Assembly: GCA_009692275.1 (NCBI GenBank) | Contig: SHZL01000001.1 | Span: 1 to 39,059, forward strand | Source of the DNA: Lysobacterales bacterium | GTDB lineage: Bacteria > Pseudomonadota > Gammaproteobacteria > Xanthomonadales > SZUA-36 | Length of the DNA: 39,059 nucleotides | Direction: 5' to 3' | In this document: positions 35,617 through 39,059 of the stretch, in pieces | How the letters are laid out: the number at the start of each line of letters is the position of its first letter | Position numbering within the stretch: position 1 is the first letter of the stretch | Translations under genes and position numbers: made by a program | The notes under the pieces: generated by a model | What the model was told of the DNA's origin: nothing | Seen by the model: the letters and a program-made list of their open reading frames with translations, nothing else | Databases searched by the model: none

Positions 35617-37731
35617 GCTCCCACCTGCTGGACTACAGTCCATCGGCGCTATTGCCGCAACCGAGACCATGCCCATGGACCTTGGCACTTCGAGCCGGAG
35701 GCGCCAAGCGCTGAACTGGTTGCCTGCGCAGTGGCCGCACCCCCGCCTGATCGCCTACGCAGCCCTGGTGATTGCGCCATTACTGCTGTTTGCCGAATTG
35801 CACCAGAAGCCGTTCGACGTCAACATCATCAGGTTCCTGGTGGCCGACGCGACCGGGATTGCGCTGGCCCTGATGATTGGGCTTGTTGGGCTTGCCTACT
35901 ACCAGAGCTTCAAAACCCGGTCCTTGCTGTTCATTTCCATTGGGTTCATAGGCAGCGGCATCACCGACCTGGTTCATCTCGTCCAGACGTTAAACACCAA
36001 TCAGCATATGTTTCCGGTGTTGTTTTTTCAGGTCAAAGAGTGGAGTACCCTGGCGGCGCATTTGTTTCTTGCCATCCTGTTACTGGTGGGTTGGCGGACT
36101 GCTGAAGACCACATTTCACCGCGCGCGACATCTGAACTGGGTACCAAAGGCATCCATTGGTTTGTAATTGCCTTGATTTTGTTGACTTTCAGCAAGGCCT
36201 TGCTTACCCCTTTGGCAGTCCATGCTGGTGGCTCCGTGGATCTGACCGCGCACGGTCTGCGCCTTGCTGGTTACGCCATGGCTTTTGTCGCCCGGTTGTC
36301 CAGTACCCCGAACCTGTTGCACCAGGCCAGCAGCATACAATTGGAAGATCGTATTAATTCATTGATTCGCGAGTATGGACGCACGCACAGCCCTGGCTTC
36401 GTTTCGACCGTCCAGGACCAGCGGATAACGGGTTCCGGTACGTTTGAGCTGGACCTTGAGACCGGGCGAGAATGATCGAAGCATTGCGGCGCAGCCAGGT
36501 CGATGGAGAACTGTTCAAACAGCAGTTCCGGGTGGCGAGCTCTGGCGGCTATCGCTGGATGGAATCCATCGGCGGAATCGAGTGCGTAAATGGCAAGCCC
36601 ATCCGCCTGTTGGGATTTACCAATGATGTTACCGAGCGCAAGAACATTGGGCTGGAGAAAGACAGACTGTACCTGGAACTTGATCAGCCAATCGCCGCAT
36701 TGGACAAGTATGCAATTACCGCTGCGCTGGACCTGGAAGGCGTCATCCAGGCGACAAACGGGCTATTTTGCGAGTTTTGTGGCCTGGAAGAGGCGGAACT
36801 GATCGGACAGAAGTTCGCCTCACTTTTAATGGAAGATTTAACCGAACGTCCTGGCGGAGATATCCGGTAGACCATGCGCGACGGAACGACCTGGAATGGG
36901 TACGTGTCGCTGCGTGATTCACGCAGCGCAGAGCGCACAGCGAATGTCCCGCTGTCACCGCATCTGAACGACGACTCCGAAATTGACACATACGTTTTCC
37001 TGGGCCTCGATATAACTTCCCGTGTTGCCGCCAGGCGGGCTCTCGAGGTGAGTATTGAAGAGCATAAAAAGTCCAACCAAGAGCTGCAAATGTTCGCGCA
37101 CATCGTTTCGCATGATTTGCAGGAACCGATGCGCATGGTGTCGAGCTTCATGACCCTGTTGGAGCGGCGCTAGGCGGCAGACCTCAACCAGGAAGCCCGG
37201 GAGTATATCCAGTTCGCAGGTGAAGGCGCCGCACGGATGCGAAGTCTGTTGGATGGCCTACTGGAATATTCCCGCGTGCGATCCAGGGACATGGTGTTAG
37301 AGCAAATTCGCCTGAACAAACCGGTCGCGGACGCCATGGCAAACCTGGCCGTTCTCATTGGCGAGCGCGAAGCACAGATCACGGTTGCGGCGCTGCCGGA
37401 GGTCTGCGGTGACGGGGTTCAGCTGATGCAGCTGTTCCAGAATCTCATCAACAACGGAATCAAGTTCTGCAGCGCGCCCCCGCCGAAAATCGCCATCGGC
37501 GCCCACCGGGAAGAAGGGCGCTGGGTTGTTGAAGTCAGCGACAATGGCATCGGTATCGCCCCGGCGCATTATCAAAAGATCTTTCAGATTTTCAGCCGCC
37601 TGCACTCGCGCGAAGCGTATCCCGGCACCGGCGTGGGCTTGGTCTGCAAGCAAATCATGGAGCGTCTCGGCGGTCACATCGACGTCGCATCAATGCCCGG
37701 CCAGGGCACGACCTTCAAACTATGTTTCTGA
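35609..37731 (+). pseudogene. Membrane sensor-PAS-PAS-HisKA-HATPase histidine kinase interrupted by a frame break and two in-frame TAG codons
   Basis: Polytopic N-terminal module (35609..36475). A frame switch occurs at the ATGA at 36472-36475, inside a PAS domain (GTFELDLETGRE / IEALRRSQVDGELFKQQFRVASSGGYRWME). TAG at 36868-36870 and TAG at 37171-37173 are both in frame with the flanking ORFs (all starts 1 mod 3). H-box SHDLQEPMRM, N-box QNLINNGIKF, G-boxes DNGIGI and GTGVGL. Confidence 0.75.
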
Positions 37732-37732
37732 T

Positions 37733-39059
37733 CAGGCGGATTGTCTGTACGCCGTGGCAATGGCCAGGTACAGGCTGCCCAACCTGAGCGGTTTGGCCAG
37801 GAATTGCGCAAATCCGGCTGCTTCTGCCTTTGCGATCAATTCCGGCGAGGCGCCTGCAGACAGCGCGACACCGGTATATCACAGGTGCGTTGGTCATTCC
37901 TGAGCAGTTCCAGGGTTTCGAACCCCCCAAACCCAGGCAGGTTGATGTCCATCAGTATCAGGTCGGGCGATGAGGATTTTGCCAGCGCCACACCATCACG
38001 TCCATTGTATGCGGCAACAAAATTACAGCCCGGAATAATCCGGACGATCTCCGTCATCAGACTGATGCTGGCCACGTCATCCTCCACATACAGAATTCGC
38101 CCGCCTTCAAGCTCTTGAGTCTAAGCCGGTGTTGTTGCATCGCCTGCGAATGATTCGCAGTCAGTTGCGGATGCAGTCGGAATGTCGAACCAAAACGTCG
38201 ACCCGATGCCAACTTCGCTGTCGAAGTCGATGCTGCCGCCCATCAATCCAGCCAATTTCTTGCAAATACTGAGCCCGATCCCGGTCCCTTCAATCCTGCA
38301 GTGGGGTTCAACTACGCGCTCAAACGGTTCGAACAGGCGTGCCCGGTCGCTGGGATGGATTCCACGGCCACTGTCCTTGATGCAGATGCGCGTCATCAGA
38401 TCCGGCACGGTCGAGATGCTCACCGCGATCGTCCCGCCGGGCTTGTTGTACTTAATGGCGTTGGACAGCAGGTTAACCAGGATTTGTCGTGAGCGATGTG
38501 GATCGCCAATGACATCCGCAGAGTCTGCGGCAGGCGAATGGATGGTGATGCGATTCTTTTCGGCGAGCAAGCTGACCATGGACAGGGCGGTCTGCATCTC
38601 CTGAACCAGCGAGAATCTTTGCAGGTTAAGGGGGGTATGACCGCTATCGATGCGCGAGAAATCCAGCACGTCTTCGATCAGGCGTAACAGGTGATCACCG
38701 CCAGCCAGGATATGGTTGATGCCTTCGTTCTGCTTTGGCTTAAGGTTTTCGTTGTCAATCTGCAGCAATTGGGCAAAACCCAGCACCGCGTTCAAGGGTG
38801 TGCGCAGTTCGTGGCTCATGCGTGACATGAATGCGGACTTGGCGGAATTGGCTCGCGTGGCTTCATCCCTGAAAATCTGCAGCTCTCGCTGTGCGACTTG
38901 TTCCAACTCGGTATCGACTACATTGAAGACCATGCCCGCAATGGCGTCATCTGCACGTCTTATCATGCTGAGCGACAGGTGGGCAAATAAAGTCTTTCCG
39001 CTGGCGTGTCTTAACTGCAGCGCGAATACCCGGTTCGTGGAATCTCCCGGCAGCAGGAC
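37733..39059 (-). pseudogene. Hybrid PAS-HisKA-HATPase-REC sensor kinase (5' end outside the window) with an in-frame TAG at the kinase-receiver linker and a frameshift in the receiver
   Basis: The frame is open from 39059. H-box MSHELRTPLNAV, N-box NLLSNAIKYN, G-boxes DSGRGI and GTGIGL. TAG (38123..38121) is followed in the same frame by TQELEGGRILYVEDDV...LILMDINLPG (REC). Inserting one G near 37866-37871 restores DIPVVALSAGASPELIAKAEAAGFAQFLAKPL up to the TGA at 37735..37733. Confidence 0.7.

Noticed and set aside
37905-37925. tRNA-like T-loop sequence GGTTTCGAACCCC.
   Set aside because: It lies inside the receiver-domain coding sequence on the opposite strand, and there is no surrounding cloverleaf.
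34530-38123. Genome-wide reassignment of TAG to a sense codon as the explanation for the four in-frame ambers.
   Set aside because: TAG terminates three well-supported genes at their expected ends (1260-1262, 28647-28649 and 28689..28687). The same signalling genes also carry frameshifts that no recoding can repair. Mutation to TAG from common GC-rich codons (CAG, GAG, AAG, TCG, TGG, TAC) is expected to dominate nonsense mutations in such a genome. It is kept only as a testable alternative, not as the primary call.

Overview
GC-rich Gram-negative chromosomal segment. The gene content suggests a marine gammaproteobacterium, but that is inference only. I found no rRNA, tRNA, CRISPR array, transposase, integrase or phage genes. 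Bases 1-25.8 kb hold 13 apparently intact genes: a 5'-open secreted protein, a fused membrane/spermidine-synthase-like protein, a secreted amidohydrolase, a TPR-sulfotransferase, a TonB-dependent receptor with a C-terminal OmpA-like domain fused on, and a two-gene DUF6516(TumE-like)/HTH module. A minus-strand string of RND adaptor, RND pump, Na+-dependent NSS transporter and CocE/NonD hydrolase follows, then a TolB-like propeller/PHP metallohydrolase and an M16 peptidase. Bases 25.8-39 kb differ sharply: 5 of 10 genes are interrupted, by 9 lesions in total. A DUF885 gene has an in-frame TAA and a dockerin-tailed sulfatase has a frameshift. Three adjacent sensor kinase/receiver genes together carry four in-frame TAG codons and three frame breaks. 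They sit among intact pilU-like, LuxR-type response regulator and small lipoprotein genes. Non-coding structure is also notable. A palindromic repeat family with conserved GGGGTCAGAGTA termini occurs at 1360, 4457, 8131 and 12256 and supplies one gene's stop codon. A 159-nt nested palindrome lies at 5867-6025, and tandem direct repeats sit in the 20.2-20.4 kb divergent promoter region. The leading candidates for something new are the amber-interrupted signalling cluster (decay is the most likely explanation, but it should be tested), the TBDR-OmpA fusion, and the two structured repeat elements.
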